Part shown: positions 1-10,695 of the stretch, in pieces | Position numbering within the stretch: the stretch's first letter is position 1 | Layout of the letters: each line of letters begins with the position of its first letter | DNA from: an uncultured Acidobacteriota bacterium | GTDB taxonomy: Bacteria; Acidobacteriota; Thermoanaerobaculia; Multivoradales; JAHEKO01 | Assembly (NCBI GenBank): GCA_963713825.1 | Contig: CAVQNG010000025.1 | Location: 768,001 to 832,000, forward strand | DNA: 64,000 nucleotides | Direction: 5' to 3' | Position numbers and translations under genes: made by a program | Notes under the pieces: model-generated | The model's input: only the letters and a program-made list of their open reading frames with translations | What the model was told of the DNA's origin: nothing | Databases searched by the model: none

Positions 1-937
1 CGGCTTCCGGTAGAGGCTGATATCGCGGCATCCTGAAGGGCACGTCGATGCAGGCCAGAAAGAAGGCGCGGAGCGTGGCGCGGGTGCAGCGTTGATAGAG
101 GTGGTCGGCTTCCGATGTTCCGCCATCGGTGCCTCGTGTGTTGGCAAAGTAGACCCGCAGCCCCTTTCGCAACCCAGGGTGGCCCGCATGCTGGTAGTGA
201 ATGATCGCTTCCGAACGACCCTGAGCCGCGAATCGATTCACCATCCATTCAGGCGTGATGCGGCTGGCATCGACCCAGTGGCGAATTCGAGCGGCCGGGG
301 TATAGACAATCTGACCACCACCACGCTCGATGCGCAGACAGTGCTCGATCTCTTCGCATGAGTTCAGGGAGCGGCCTTTGCGACCCAGATGGGGGCTGAA
401 CGGGCCGAAGCGCTCGAAAGCCTCGGCTCGATAGGCGATGTTGGCACCGCGTGGATACTCGTTGTAGGTCAGGGGCAGGATCTCCGGGCCCTTGTCCCAG
501 ACGGTCAGGTAGGGAAGGAACCGATCGTCCAACCAATCCGGCAGCTCGCCCTGGAACAGGGGCTCGACCGGGCCGCCAGCGCAGAGGACTCGAGGATGGG
601 CGAGAGCTTCTGCGATCCCCGAAACCCAGTCCTTGGCAGGAAAGGCGTCGTCGTCGAGAAAGGCGAGAATCCGACCGCGAGCGGCGCGAATTCCGGCGTT
701 GCGGGTGGCCGAGAGCCCCACTTCCTTCTCGACCATGACCCGAACTCTCTCCGGGTTGGCCTTCTCGAGTCCTCTCGCCAGCTGCAGCGTGTCGTCCGTG
801 GAGTTGTTGTCCACGATCAGGAGCTCCCAATCCACGTTGGGGGCCTCCATTTCGAGCATGGTCGCGCCTGCGTCTGCAAGCAATCGGGATCGGTTCCGTG
901 TGCAGACGATAACGCTGACTTCCGGACCGGAGCTCAT
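1..937 (-). CDS. Glycosyltransferase family 2, truncated by the window edge
   Basis: Absent from the ORF track because it has no stop in the window. Manual minus-strand translation from ATG 937 gives MSSGPEVSVIVCTRNR...LLIVDNNSTDDT...GLSATRNAGIRAARGRILAFLDDDA...RGANIAYR...EEIEHCLR, the GT-A/GT2 motifs. Confidence 0.9.
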   Translation of the reverse strand, partial: MSSGPEVSVIVCTRNRSRLLADAGATMLEMEAPNVDWELLIVDNNSTDDTLQLARGLEKANPERVRVMVEKEVGLSATRNAGIRAARGRILAFLDDDAFPAKDWVSGIAEALAHPRVLCAGGPVEPLFQGELPDWLDDRFLPYLTVWDKGPEILPLTYNEYPRGANIAYRAEAFERFGPFSPHLGRKGRSLNSCEEIEHCLRIERGGGQIVYTPAARIRHWVDASRITPEWMVNRFAAQGRSEAIIHYQHAGHPGLRKGLRVYFANTRGTDGGTSEADHLYQRCTRATLRAFFLACIDVPFRMPRYQPLPEA

Positions 938-1052
938 GGAGTGGATCATATGCGAGGATGCGGCGGGTTCATTCTCGAAGTCTGCCGCTCCGGATGTCGC
1001 GACTTCACAGTCTCAGCAATGAGGTGCGGACCAGCTCGTACCGCGGGATAGG

Positions 1053-2231
1053 ATGACATGCATGGTCGACGTGCCCGAGGGTGGTGAGCCGCAGTCTGCC
1101 AAGAACGTGATTTCCCAGGTCCAGAAGAAGGTGCCACGACTCCTGGTCATCGATCACCGGATGGTCACGCCGGATCGGGATGCGGGTTCGCTCCGAATGT
1201 GGCGCGTTCTCGAGATTCTGAGGTCGCTGGGAAGCGAGGTGACCTACGCAACAGCCGACCTGAGTGTGTCGGGTCCATGGGCAACTCGGTTGCAGGAGAT
1301 GGGGGTGAAGGTGCTACGGCCCCCTTTCAGCCTGTCGCTCAGACGACACTTGCGCCGGGATGGCGCCCGCTACGATGGGACCTGGCTGTGTCGCGTTGCT
1401 GTTGCGCAGCGATATGTTCCCAGCATTCGGAAGTACTGCCCCGAAACGAAAATGATCTTCGATACCGTGGATCTTCATTTCCTGCGCGAGCAACGGGAAG
1501 CCGAGCTGTCCGGTGACGCCAGGGCCAAGAAGCAGGCCGCCGAGACGCGTCGGGCCGAGTTGTCTGTTATCCGGCAGGTCGATGCGACGATCCTGGTAAG
1601 TCCCGACGAAGCCCACATCGTTCATGAAGAGTGTCCGGAAGCCAACTTGCGAATCCTGTCGATGATCCATGAGCCGCTCTCGGAAGTGGCGGATTTCGAA
1701 GCCCGTCGGGGGCTCCTGTTCGTGGGTGGATTCGAGCACCGTCCCAACCAGGATGGTGTGGAGTGGTTTGTTTCGAGAGTTCTGCCGAAGATCCGTCAGT
1801 CGCTACCCGAGGAGCCTTTCTGGATCGTCGGCAGTGGAGCAACCCGGCATATGCAGCGCATCGCCGCTCCAGGAGTGACCGTCGTAGGGTGGGTGCTCGA
1901 CCTGGCATCGATCTACGCTCGTGCCCGGGTTTGCGTCGCGCCGCTACGCTACGGAGCGGGTGTGAAAGGGAAGATAACCCAGGCTCTAGCCCATGGGCTG
2001 CCCTGTGTCGCCACACCCGTCGCCTGTGAGGGGATGCCCCTGAATCACGAAGAGAGCGTCCTGATGGCTGACGATGAGACCTCGTTCGCGGCGGAGGTAG
2101 TGCGACTGCATCAGGATCGCGACATGTGGCAATCGCTGTCGTCAGCCGGCCTTCAGATCGTCGCAGAGCACTATTCGAGAGAGCGGGCCAGAGACGAAGT
2201 CGCCGATCTCCTGGGCCGGTTCATCCGGTAA
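1053..2231 (+). CDS. Glycosyltransferase, GT4-like (GT-B fold)
   Basis: TPDRDAGS, FVGGFEHRPNQDG and APLRYGAGVKGKI..ALAHGLPCVATP motifs. Confidence 0.88.
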   Translation: MTCMVDVPEGGEPQSAKNVISQVQKKVPRLLVIDHRMVTPDRDAGSLRMWRVLEILRSLGSEVTYATADLSVSGPWATRLQEMGVKVLRPPFSLSLRRHLRRDGARYDGTWLCRVAVAQRYVPSIRKYCPETKMIFDTVDLHFLREQREAELSGDARAKKQAAETRRAELSVIRQVDATILVSPDEAHIVHEECPEANLRILSMIHEPLSEVADFEARRGLLFVGGFEHRPNQDGVEWFVSRVLPKIRQSLPEEPFWIVGSGATRHMQRIAAPGVTVVGWVLDLASIYARARVCVAPLRYGAGVKGKITQALAHGLPCVATPVACEGMPLNHEESVLMADDETSFAAEVVRLHQDRDMWQSLSSAGLQIVAEHYSRERARDEVADLLGRFIR

Positions 2232-2281
2232 TCTAGTAGACTGCGCGCCGCCGTTCTGCGAGTCCTGTCCGGGTCGAGACC

Positions 2282-3700
2282 ATGGTATCTGTGCTGCCAA
2301 TCCAAGCTTCCCAAGAGATCTCCAACCGGTCGCTCATCCCAGGTTGGTGTCTGGCGATATTGCTGCTGCTCGCCTTGGCAGGCTGCGCGACCGAGCCAGC
2401 CAGTGAGCAGAACGACGTGCCGATGCAGGTCCAAGCTGAGCCTCATCCGGTCATCATCTTCGACATCGATACACTGCGTGCCGATCGCCTGGGTTGCTAC
2501 GGCAACTCCAGGCCGACAAGTCCGGTCATCGACTCGCTCGCCGAAGAGGGCGTGCTCTTCGAGTGGGCTTTCAGCCAGGCCCCGACGACGCCGCCGTCCC
2601 AGGCTTCGATTCTGACGTCGCTCTACCCTTCGGTGCATGGCGTCAAGGGCAGAAAGGACCGTCTCGCAAAGGAGATTACAACCCTGGGCGAAGTCTTCTC
2701 AGACTTCGGCTTTGCCACGGGTGCGTTCGTGGATGGCGGCTACATGAATCGAGGCTTCGGGCTTCTACAGGGCTTCAAGACCAAGGTCGATCGTCGCGGC
2801 GGGCTCGAAGTCATCGGTCCGCAGGCCCTCGAGTGGATGCGTGAGCATGCCGATGAGAACTTCCTGCTCCTGGTCCACACCTACGATGTCCATACTCCGT
2901 ACGATCCTCCCGAACCCTGGCGCTCTCAGTTCCTCGAGGGAGTGGCTCCGCCGACGCCCGGCTTCGAGCCCACCGCCCTGGCAATGGAGACCATCCGACA
3001 GAGCGGCGACACCGATCAACCCCTGACCTTGCCCGACAACGATGTGGCCTATGCACTGGCGCTCTACGATGCAGGCATCCGTTACGTGGATGACTGGATC
3101 GGCCGATTCGTCACCGAGCTGGAGGCTCTCGGGATCTTCGATCGAGCCACCCTGGTTGTGATCTCGGATCACGGCGAGGAGTTCCAGGAGCACGGCTCGG
3201 TACTGCACGAGAAGCTCTACTCGACGGTAACCCGGGTGCCTCTGATCATTCGATCGCCGATGGCCCTGGGTGGTTCTCAGGTCTCCGATGTGGTGGAGAC
3301 CATCGACCTCATGCCGACGCTTCTGGAGCTGGTCGGGGCTACAGCCCCGGAGCAGGCACAGGGGCGCAGCGCGGCGCCTCTGCTGAGAGGAGAGGAGCTG
3401 GAGCCCAAGTCGGCGTTCAGTGAGTCGAGGTTCTTCGGTCGGCAGCGCGCTGTGACGAGCTCCGCAGAGCGCCTGATCTTCAGTCAGGATTCAGGCCGCA
3501 TCGAGCTCTATGAGTACAAGCGGGACATCCAGGAGCAGGAGGATCTCGCCAGCCGCGATCCCAACACCGTGTCCCAGCTCAAGCGCGAGCTCACGGACTG
3601 GTTCGATTTGATGCGGAGCACCGAGGTGGCGACATCCGGCTACGGCGAGCTCGACCCCGAGGTCGAAGAGCAGCTGCGGGCTCTCGGCTACCTCGATTAG
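2282..3700 (+). CDS. Sulfatase-like (alkaline phosphatase superfamily) hydrolase/transferase, probable lipoprotein
   Basis: DIDTLRAD, SDHGEEF.EHG and C-terminal LRALGYL; lipobox-like LAGC; nucleophile region reads APTTPPSQ, with no CxPxR. Confidence 0.85.
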   Translation: MVSVLPIQASQEISNRSLIPGWCLAILLLLALAGCATEPASEQNDVPMQVQAEPHPVIIFDIDTLRADRLGCYGNSRPTSPVIDSLAEEGVLFEWAFSQAPTTPPSQASILTSLYPSVHGVKGRKDRLAKEITTLGEVFSDFGFATGAFVDGGYMNRGFGLLQGFKTKVDRRGGLEVIGPQALEWMREHADENFLLLVHTYDVHTPYDPPEPWRSQFLEGVAPPTPGFEPTALAMETIRQSGDTDQPLTLPDNDVAYALALYDAGIRYVDDWIGRFVTELEALGIFDRATLVVISDHGEEFQEHGSVLHEKLYSTVTRVPLIIRSPMALGGSQVSDVVETIDLMPTLLELVGATAPEQAQGRSAAPLLRGEELEPKSAFSESRFFGRQRAVTSSAERLIFSQDSGRIELYEYKRDIQEQEDLASRDPNTVSQLKRELTDWFDLMRSTEVATSGYGELDPEVEEQLRALGYLD

Positions 3701-3728
3701 GCCCGACGGCAGGGCCCGTGGCCCGAGA

Positions 3729-5174
3729 TCATTGGATATAGCCGAGAGCCTTCAAGCGCTCTCGTTCTGCATCGGTCAGCACGCTGTCACCCGACGCTGT
3801 CACTCCTGGCTCTTCCCTGTGGAGCTCCTGGGCCATTGTTCGGTTGGCCTTCACCAGTTCTTTGAGCTCCTTGCGGAGGCGAGCCGTCAGCTCCGGGTGG
3901 GATTCTGCGAGGTTGGTTGTCTCGCCCGGATCCTGCCGGAGATCGTAGACCTCCTCGGTGCCAGCTTTCAGGTCGTGAATGATCTTGTGGTCGTCGGTCC
4001 GCATGGCGAAGCGCATTCGGTTCAGCTTGTTCTGGCTCAGGGCGGCTCGCTCGGTGAAGGGGTCGCCCTGGATCAGGGGTACGAGACTCCTGCCCTGGAG
4101 CGGATGCGAGGCTTGCAGACCAATCAGATCGAGGACGGTTGGTAGCAGGTCCACGATCTCGATCTGGGTGTCTATTCTGGTCCCTGCCAGGTGCTGTCGA
4201 GGCAGCTTCAGAAGCAGGTCGACCCGCACCGACTCGTCGTAGATCTGACTGTGCAGGAACTTGCCGTGCTCCTGGAACTCCTCGCCGTGATCCGAGGTGA
4301 GCACGATGAGGGACCTGTCATAGAGACTCTGTTCCTCGAGGAGGCTGAAGAGCTTCCCCAGGTCGCGATCCAGGTAGCGGACGCCGGATTCGTACAGCCT
4401 GCGAAGGCTCGCGACGTGCGCGTCGGGAACGACGCGTCCTTCACGGTCGGCTTCGAGCAGGAATTGCGTCGCGCAGCGCCCCTGGTCGTCACAGAAGGCG
4501 TCCTTCTCGACCGTTCCCAGATCGTCACGGAACCTGGCGGGGGAGTAGTAGGGCAATCGATTGCGCCCCTGCTGAAAGAAGTCCGAGTGGGCATCCATGT
4601 AGTGCAGGAAGAGAAACAGGGGCCGTGGGTCTTCGGCTGCCGCGGCCAGCGCTTCCGCGGCGCTGGCGTTGACCCTGTCTGAATAGGTCAGCCGGTGCGG
4701 CAGTCGCTGGTAGTCCTCGAAGCCTCGCCCGAATCCGAATTCGGCCTTCAGCCAGTCATTGGTCACCCTGCCAGTGGTCCGGTAGCCGGCCTCCTGCAGG
4801 ATTTCGGACAAAGTCTGGATGCTGCCGGAGAGGCTTTCCTTCGGTGTCGTGACGCGATGAACCTGGGGATACAGGCCAGTGAACATCGACATGTGCGAGG
4901 CCAGGGTGAAGGGCATGGGGACCACGACCTTGGTCAAGAGCACCGAATCGACTGCGAACTGATCGAGGCTGGGCGTCAGGGAGGGTTCCTCGCCCCGCGT
5001 TGCGCCCAGCGCATCCCAACGCAGGGTGTCCAACGAGATGAAGATGATCGGTGGCAGCTCTCGAGTGGTCTGCCGCGACCCGCAACCGGGTAGCGCGATA
5101 GCAGCCAAGGTCAGCGTCAGGGCGGCGGCTCGCAGGAGGCGTTGTCTGCACAGTGAGGCGAAGGGGCGGGACAT
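3729..5174 (-). CDS. Sulfatase-like hydrolase/transferase, probable lipoprotein
   Basis: SLDTLRWD, PFTLASH, SDHGEEFQEHG, LKALGYIQ; hydrophobic N-terminus ending LPGC. Confidence 0.85.
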   Translation of the reverse strand: MSRPFASLCRQRLLRAAALTLTLAAIALPGCGSRQTTRELPPIIFISLDTLRWDALGATRGEEPSLTPSLDQFAVDSVLLTKVVVPMPFTLASHMSMFTGLYPQVHRVTTPKESLSGSIQTLSEILQEAGYRTTGRVTNDWLKAEFGFGRGFEDYQRLPHRLTYSDRVNASAAEALAAAAEDPRPLFLFLHYMDAHSDFFQQGRNRLPYYSPARFRDDLGTVEKDAFCDDQGRCATQFLLEADREGRVVPDAHVASLRRLYESGVRYLDRDLGKLFSLLEEQSLYDRSLIVLTSDHGEEFQEHGKFLHSQIYDESVRVDLLLKLPRQHLAGTRIDTQIEIVDLLPTVLDLIGLQASHPLQGRSLVPLIQGDPFTERAALSQNKLNRMRFAMRTDDHKIIHDLKAGTEEVYDLRQDPGETTNLAESHPELTARLRKELKELVKANRTMAQELHREEPGVTASGDSVLTDAERERLKALGYIQ

Positions 5175-5185
5175 GGGTCGAGTCT

Positions 5186-6619
5186 CTAGTCGATGTAGCC
5201 CAGAGATCGGAGTTGTTCCAGAGTGTCGTCGTCGAACTCCATGGTTTCATCGGAGACGGAGGTGTCGATACCTGCTAGCTCTCGTTCCATCAGGTCGGTC
5301 AACTCGGCAACCAACTCGGGCCGCTCCGCCGAAAGATCGACCTTCTCGTCGGGGTCGGCGCGGAGGTCGAAGAGTTGGACGAACCCGTCGTAGCGTCGAA
5401 TCAGCTTGAACCTTCCGAAGGTGATGGCGCGCGAATCGGGTCCGTAGGCCGGCGATTCGGCGAGCGATGGCTGCGGCTCGCAGCTCGGCGCTTCTTGGCT
5501 GCTGGTCAGAAAGGCGGTCAGGCTGTTGCCTCTCAACCCCTCAGGAATCGGCAGACTCAGCGCCTCCAACGAGGTCGGAACGACATCTACCAGTCGGGCC
5601 GGGCACTCGACGCGTCGGCCCTCGTCGATACCGGGCCCTCGGAAAATCAGGGGAACGTGCAAGAGCTCCTGGTACATCGAGTGGCCATGACCGATGCCCC
5701 AGAATCCTCGCGGATCCTGTGCGAGCTCCCTCTCTTGCTTGGCATGGTCCCAGAACTCCTCACCGTGATCCGAGGTCACGATGATCAGAGTTTCTTCCAA
5801 CTGTCCGGCCTGTTGTAGGGCATCGAGCAGGCGTCCGATCTCCGTGTCCACGTAGCGCAGAGCGCCATCGTAGAGGGCCAGCTTGTGGTCCCGAAAGAGC
5901 GTGAAGTTCGGGCCCTTGAAATTGTCGTGTGAGCCGAAACGCCAGTCTGTGTATTTCTTGTCGCGGGGTCCCGGAAGCTCCTTGCCGAACATGGTGAAGA
6001 AGGGCTCGGGCGGCACGAGCGGCTGGTGCAGATCCATGTACTGAACGTAGAGGAAGAACGGCTCGCCTTCCACAGCGGTGAGGAAGTCCAGCGCACTGTC
6101 GGTCAGCGTGGTTGCATCCGTCCTTTCGACTTGCGCCACATCGAAACCACGCTTGAAGCGGCCAAAGAGGTAGGGGTTGGCCGACACCAGCGCCGTGCGG
6201 AAGTCGGCATCCGAGAGGATTTGTCCCAGGGTCCGAGTCTCCTTGCGCAGTTGCCGGACCTCGGAATCACTGAGGTTGCGAACCTCTCCGGTGATTCCGG
6301 CCCCGTGCTCGCTCGGGTAGAGCGATGTGAGCAGGCTGGCGGTCGCCGGAACCGTCCAGTTCGATTGCGAGAGTGCCAGGTCGAAAACAACACCCTCTGA
6401 AGCCAACTGGTCGATCCGGGGGGTTGTCGGACGATCGTTGCCATAGAGGCTCATCCGATCGGTGCGCAGCGTATCGAGGCACAAGATGACCAGGTTGCGA
6501 GCCGACGGGGTGGTACCCGGATCGGGGTCATTTGGCGTGCCGCACGAGATCTGGATGAGGCCGAGCCAGGCCAAGAAGACGGCGGTGCAGGAGGTTCTCA
6601 TCTGTGATTTGGAGAGCAT
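5186..6619 (-). CDS. Sulfatase-like hydrolase/transferase, exported
   Basis: CLDTLRTD, NWTVPAT, SDHGEEFWDH, LRSLGYID. Start moved to in-frame ATG 6619 (or 6601) because the 6910 start overlaps the divergent gene. Confidence 0.85.
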   Translation of the reverse strand: MLSKSQMRTSCTAVFLAWLGLIQISCGTPNDPDPGTTPSARNLVILCLDTLRTDRMSLYGNDRPTTPRIDQLASEGVVFDLALSQSNWTVPATASLLTSLYPSEHGAGITGEVRNLSDSEVRQLRKETRTLGQILSDADFRTALVSANPYLFGRFKRGFDVAQVERTDATTLTDSALDFLTAVEGEPFFLYVQYMDLHQPLVPPEPFFTMFGKELPGPRDKKYTDWRFGSHDNFKGPNFTLFRDHKLALYDGALRYVDTEIGRLLDALQQAGQLEETLIIVTSDHGEEFWDHAKQERELAQDPRGFWGIGHGHSMYQELLHVPLIFRGPGIDEGRRVECPARLVDVVPTSLEALSLPIPEGLRGNSLTAFLTSSQEAPSCEPQPSLAESPAYGPDSRAITFGRFKLIRRYDGFVQLFDLRADPDEKVDLSAERPELVAELTDLMERELAGIDTSVSDETMEFDDDTLEQLRSLGYID

Positions 6620-6791
6620 GCTTGACTGGTGGGGACCGAGCCCACCCATGTTCGAGCAGGTCGATCTTCGGTCCGCTCCGAGACTATCGCAAACGTGGAA
6701 CCTACCGGTATTAAGATGCGGCAGGGTCGGCCTTACGGGCCGGATGTGGGTTTGACGCTCCAGGGTGAAGCTGGTAGGAAATGGACTACTC

Positions 6792-8606
6792 ATGAAATGC
6801 CGAGGGTACAGACTTGGTGTTGTGGCTCTGGTGATTCTGGCTGGCCTATCTGTTGCCAGCTGCTCGGGCCCTGATCGTCCGCAGTCGGTGGTGGTAATCA
6901 CCATGGACACGACACGTGCCGATCACCTGGGTCCGTACGGCTACGACGACGCTCAGACTCCCACCATCGAGCGTCTCGCTGCCGATGGAACGCTCTACGA
7001 ACGGGCCTATTCGGTCACCGCGGAGACACTTCCCTCCCACTCCAGCATCTTCTCCGGCCTCTATCCTCCCAGTCATGCGGTGCGTTTGAATCTCTCCTTC
7101 AAGCTGGCCGACGAGGTCACGACGCTGGCTGAGGTCCTGCGGAGAGAGGGGTTTTTCACGGCGGCAGTCACCGCCGCCTCCGTCCTGGAACGTCGCTTCG
7201 GGCTCAATCAGGGCTTCGAGGTTTACGAAGGGCCGGAGATCGACGAGCAGAAGCCGGGCCGGCTCACCGAGTTCAGTGCCGAGGTCGTGACCACGAAAGC
7301 CCTCAGCGCTATCTACGAGCATGGCGAGGGTCCGTTCTTCCTCTGGGCCCACTACTACGATCCGCACAGCCCCTTCGAGCCCAGATATCCCTTCCAGGCC
7401 CCGGATGGCACGCCACCAGAGAGCGTTGAGCTCTACGATCTCGAGATCGCCTATACCGATTATTGGATCGACCGCTTGCTCGAGGGTCTCGAGACTCACG
7501 TCGGACTGGAGGACACGCTTATCGTCTTCACTGCCGACCACGGCGAAAGCCTCGGCGATCATGGCGAGTCGTATCACACGCTCTTCATCTACGATTCCAC
7601 GGCCCACGTGCCCATGATCTTGGTCGGTCCTGGTGTTCCCAGGGGCCAGCGAGTTGCCGAAGTGGTTTCCTCCGTGGACCTCTTCTCGACCGTGCTGGCT
7701 CTCCTGGGGCTCGAGGCACCTCCGAGCAATTCGCGGATCCTTCCCGGTCTACCCGTCAGCCCCGAGACTGCAACGGTCGATCGGGTGGCCTATAGCGACT
7801 CCATGACGCCACCACTACGGTACGGCTGGCATTCCCTGGAGGCGGTCCGCACCGATGAATGGTTCTATATCCGCGCTCCAGACGAGGAGCTCTATCACTT
7901 CGACGGCAGGGACCCCGGCCAAGTGGCCAACCTCTTCCAGGTCGAGGAAGAGGCAGCATCGGAGATGCGGCAGGTCCTGGCCGGGACCAAAGGAGCGATG
8001 CCTTCCGTGGCCGACGACCAGGTGGCCGAGCGCATGACCAGCGAGGCCGAACGGCAGGCGCTCGAGGCCCTGGGCTACATTGACAGCGGGTCGGACTCCG
8101 CAACGGATGCGGAATCCAACGTTCTGGATCCGAAGGACATGGTAGAGGTGGAGGAGGCCATCCAGCTGGCCAGGCTCGCCAGCCGCATGGGCCGCCTCGA
8201 GACTTCCGAAGATCTCTTGAGCTGGGCGACCACGGCCGACCCGGAGAACTTCACAGTCTGGATGCAGCTCGGCAAGACCCGTCTCGCCGCGGGCAATCTG
8301 GAGGCCGCTCTCGAAGCGCTGTATCGCTCCCTGGAGATCAAACCCGAGTCCTGGGAGGTCCAGGTCCAGGTGGCGGCAGCGGAAGAGAAGCAGGGCAACC
8401 TGAAGGCCGCCGAATCGATGCTCGACAAGGCACTGGCAACCAGCCCGTTCCCGGTCGAGGTCTGGCGATCTCTCGTCAAGATGCGCCTTCAGTCGGGTGA
8501 CCGAGATGGTGCTACCGACGCACTCCGCGAGATCTTGGAGTTGGAACCCGACAACGAGCGGGCCCGCAAGACCCTGGAAGCCATGCCTGCGGGCGAGGCC
8601 CAGTAA
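6792..8606 (+). CDS. Sulfatase-like domain fused to C-terminal TPR repeats, probable lipoprotein
   Basis: TMDTTRAD, ETLPSHSS, ADHGESLGDHGE, internal LEALGYI, then TPR-like helices (W.QLG......GNLEAA...L...LEIKPE); lipobox VASC. ATG 6792 chosen as start. Confidence 0.85.
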   Translation: MKCRGYRLGVVALVILAGLSVASCSGPDRPQSVVVITMDTTRADHLGPYGYDDAQTPTIERLAADGTLYERAYSVTAETLPSHSSIFSGLYPPSHAVRLNLSFKLADEVTTLAEVLRREGFFTAAVTAASVLERRFGLNQGFEVYEGPEIDEQKPGRLTEFSAEVVTTKALSAIYEHGEGPFFLWAHYYDPHSPFEPRYPFQAPDGTPPESVELYDLEIAYTDYWIDRLLEGLETHVGLEDTLIVFTADHGESLGDHGESYHTLFIYDSTAHVPMILVGPGVPRGQRVAEVVSSVDLFSTVLALLGLEAPPSNSRILPGLPVSPETATVDRVAYSDSMTPPLRYGWHSLEAVRTDEWFYIRAPDEELYHFDGRDPGQVANLFQVEEEAASEMRQVLAGTKGAMPSVADDQVAERMTSEAERQALEALGYIDSGSDSATDAESNVLDPKDMVEVEEAIQLARLASRMGRLETSEDLLSWATTADPENFTVWMQLGKTRLAAGNLEAALEALYRSLEIKPESWEVQVQVAAAEEKQGNLKAAESMLDKALATSPFPVEVWRSLVKMRLQSGDRDGATDALREILELEPDNERARKTLEAMPAGEAQ

Positions 8607-8712
8607 CCTTCCAAAGCCACTCTCGGGCAGTGTTCCGCTGCTTGGAGTCCTCACAACTTGTTGGACCCCTGGCGTCTATGTAGCACGGAGCACAGACATA
8701 TTCCTTCTCGTC

Positions 8713-8861
8713 TATACTTCAGCTGAAAGAAAAGAAAGTTCCTAAGGAGAGCACCTCGCGATGATCTCGAGGCTGAATCCTGTGCAGCATGCCCTGGTGG
8801 CAACCCAAGTGGGCTCTGCCGAGGGGAGTGCTGTGCAAAACCTGACAGAAAGGAGTAGGGA
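8713..8861 (+). promoter_or_regulatory. Putative promoter and conserved leader, copy 1 (upstream of fibre gene 1)
   Basis: TATACT at 8713, CCTCG-N9-CGAGG at 8754-8772, TGGCA-containing stem at 8798, AGAAAGGAG RBS; same layout upstream of all three paralogues. Confidence 0.55.
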
Positions 8862-10535
8862 ATGCGAGCGCGAGTAGTGGTAGGTCTTGTTGTCATCAGT
8901 CTGGTCGCGGCGGTAGGTGCCGCTGCTCCAGGGTCCGGTGCCAAGGCAGTCGCAACCGAAAGCGTGTCGGCGACGGGCCTTTCAATCACGCCGCAGGTTG
9001 CCTACGAGCAGGCGATGCTGCGAATCACAGGCCCCCAGGGCTACCACGGGAGGCAGAAGTTCGAAGCTGGAGCTGCCATTCAGGCGGACCTGACCTCCTT
9101 TGGCAGCAAGTCGTCCCACGGGAACCGTCAGCAACGTGGAGTTCGAGAGGAGCTCGCCGAGCGGACAGCGATGCCCAATGGACGGTACAAGTTCGAGGTG
9201 GCCTTCATGGCCGGCGGCAAGAAGGTCGGCGTCCATTCCGGAATGTTCTTCGTCGAGGGCGGTCTTACCGTCAGCCGGGATTCCAAGAGGTCGCAGCTGG
9301 CGCAGGTCCGTCAGGATCTGGGTCGGGAGCGACAACAGATGGCTGCCAAGGGATCGCGCCCCCAGATGTCGTCGGAAAAGCGTGGATCGGGGCTCAGGAG
9401 CGGCAAGACCGAGGCACCCATGTCCACGGAGGCACCGGTCACGGAGGGCTATCCCATCGCCGATTACATCGTTCTGTACCCCTACTCTGTTCCTACAACT
9501 TGGCTGGGCCTGGTGGCGTACGACTATCTCACCTATCAGTACGAGTCGATGTCGATCTCGAACTACGCTGGCGACCTCAGGATCGCCGACTACTACTACC
9601 CGTCCTACTTCAATCCTTACATTCGGGATCTCATGACCGTGACTAGCTACGGCAACGTCGGCATCGGCACGACCGCGCCCTATAACAGGCTGGAGGTGAC
9701 TGGCTACCCCTCGCAATTTGGGATCGGCTACGATGGATACTACAGTTCGGTGGGTGTCGGGTTTGCGGGTTTTTGGCTCTATGACGACGACTACGAACCC
9801 ATCGCCACGTTCAACCATAACGCGGATGCCTTTACCCTGGTCGTCGATGCTGAGGGCGTGGGCGTGGGCGACTTCCCCTACGTCTACCCTTATGGTTTCA
9901 CTGTCCCCGCTGTGGATCTCCATGTAAAGGACGAAGATCCCCAACTCCTGATCGAGTCCAGCTCAGGCACGACGGCGGGCCGTACCTTGGCCTACATGAA
10001 GAATCCCGGCGATGTCCGGATGTTCTGGGAGAACACCGACTCTGGAGACATCTGGCAGATGTCGATGCTCTCGACGGTGCTGCAGATGGCGACGCCGACC
10101 GGCAATGGAAAGTTTCGGGTCCGGAAGAGCGGCGGCTTGCAGGCCTTGAATGGGTCAACCGAGATAATGGCCCTCAACTCGACCGGGGACCTGACAGTGA
10201 AGTCGGTGACCGAGACCTCCAGCCGAGAGGCCAAGAATGGATTCGAATCCGTGGATGGGCTCTCGGTCCTGGAGAAGGTGGCAGCCTTGCCCATCTCAGA
10301 GTGGAGCTACAAGGTCGACAACCCCGGGGTGCGGCACCTCGGTCCGATGGCCGAGGATTTTCATGCCGCCTTCGGCCTGGGCAAGACCGGCAAGGGCATC
10401 ACCTCGGTCGACACCACGGGCGTGGCCCTGGCCGCCATTCAGGGCTTGAATCAGAAGCTGATGGAGAAGAACGCCCAGCTGGAGCAGCGCTTGCTCGAAC
10501 TCGAGGAGATGGTGCAAGCACTGGCCGAGCACTAG
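8862..10535 (+). CDS. Secreted fibre-like protein 1 with C-terminal Peptidase_S74 intramolecular chaperone
   Basis: Sec-type signal peptide, GNVGIGT shaft repeat, TSSREAK (Ser/Lys autocleavage-type site), WSYK...HLGPMAEDF...FGLG and a terminal coiled coil. Confidence 0.85.
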   Translation: MRARVVVGLVVISLVAAVGAAAPGSGAKAVATESVSATGLSITPQVAYEQAMLRITGPQGYHGRQKFEAGAAIQADLTSFGSKSSHGNRQQRGVREELAERTAMPNGRYKFEVAFMAGGKKVGVHSGMFFVEGGLTVSRDSKRSQLAQVRQDLGRERQQMAAKGSRPQMSSEKRGSGLRSGKTEAPMSTEAPVTEGYPIADYIVLYPYSVPTTWLGLVAYDYLTYQYESMSISNYAGDLRIADYYYPSYFNPYIRDLMTVTSYGNVGIGTTAPYNRLEVTGYPSQFGIGYDGYYSSVGVGFAGFWLYDDDYEPIATFNHNADAFTLVVDAEGVGVGDFPYVYPYGFTVPAVDLHVKDEDPQLLIESSSGTTAGRTLAYMKNPGDVRMFWENTDSGDIWQMSMLSTVLQMATPTGNGKFRVRKSGGLQALNGSTEIMALNSTGDLTVKSVTETSSREAKNGFESVDGLSVLEKVAALPISEWSYKVDNPGVRHLGPMAEDFHAAFGLGKTGKGITSVDTTGVALAAIQGLNQKLMEKNAQLEQRLLELEEMVQALAEH

Positions 10536-10637
10536 AGGATAGAGCAGCGTGATGTTGGCATAGCTGCCGCAAATCTCATACCGCATCGCTTTCCTGGGCG
10601 CGTCTCCGACCTGAATCGGAGACGCGCCCCTTTCTTT
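10536..10637 (+). repeat. ~100-bp 3' trailer, copy 1, ending in an intrinsic terminator
   Basis: Closely similar to 12403-12499; perfect 14-bp stem GGGCGCGTCTCCGA/TCGGAGACGCGCCC (10596-10629) followed by CTTTCTTT. Confidence 0.85.
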
Positions 10638-10695
10638 GAACCCCGGGCTCGGGCCCGATTGTGAAATCCGTCACAGTTCTACACCCTCCCTCCGA

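Noticed and set aside
92-1051. Plus-strand ORFs 92-361, 389-1051 and others
   Set aside because: Antisense to the clear minus-strand GT2 at 1-937.
8772-8780. c-di-AMP (ydaO) riboswitch suggested by GCTGAATCC
   Set aside because: The remaining ydaO consensus blocks are absent and the other two leaders lack this 9-mer.
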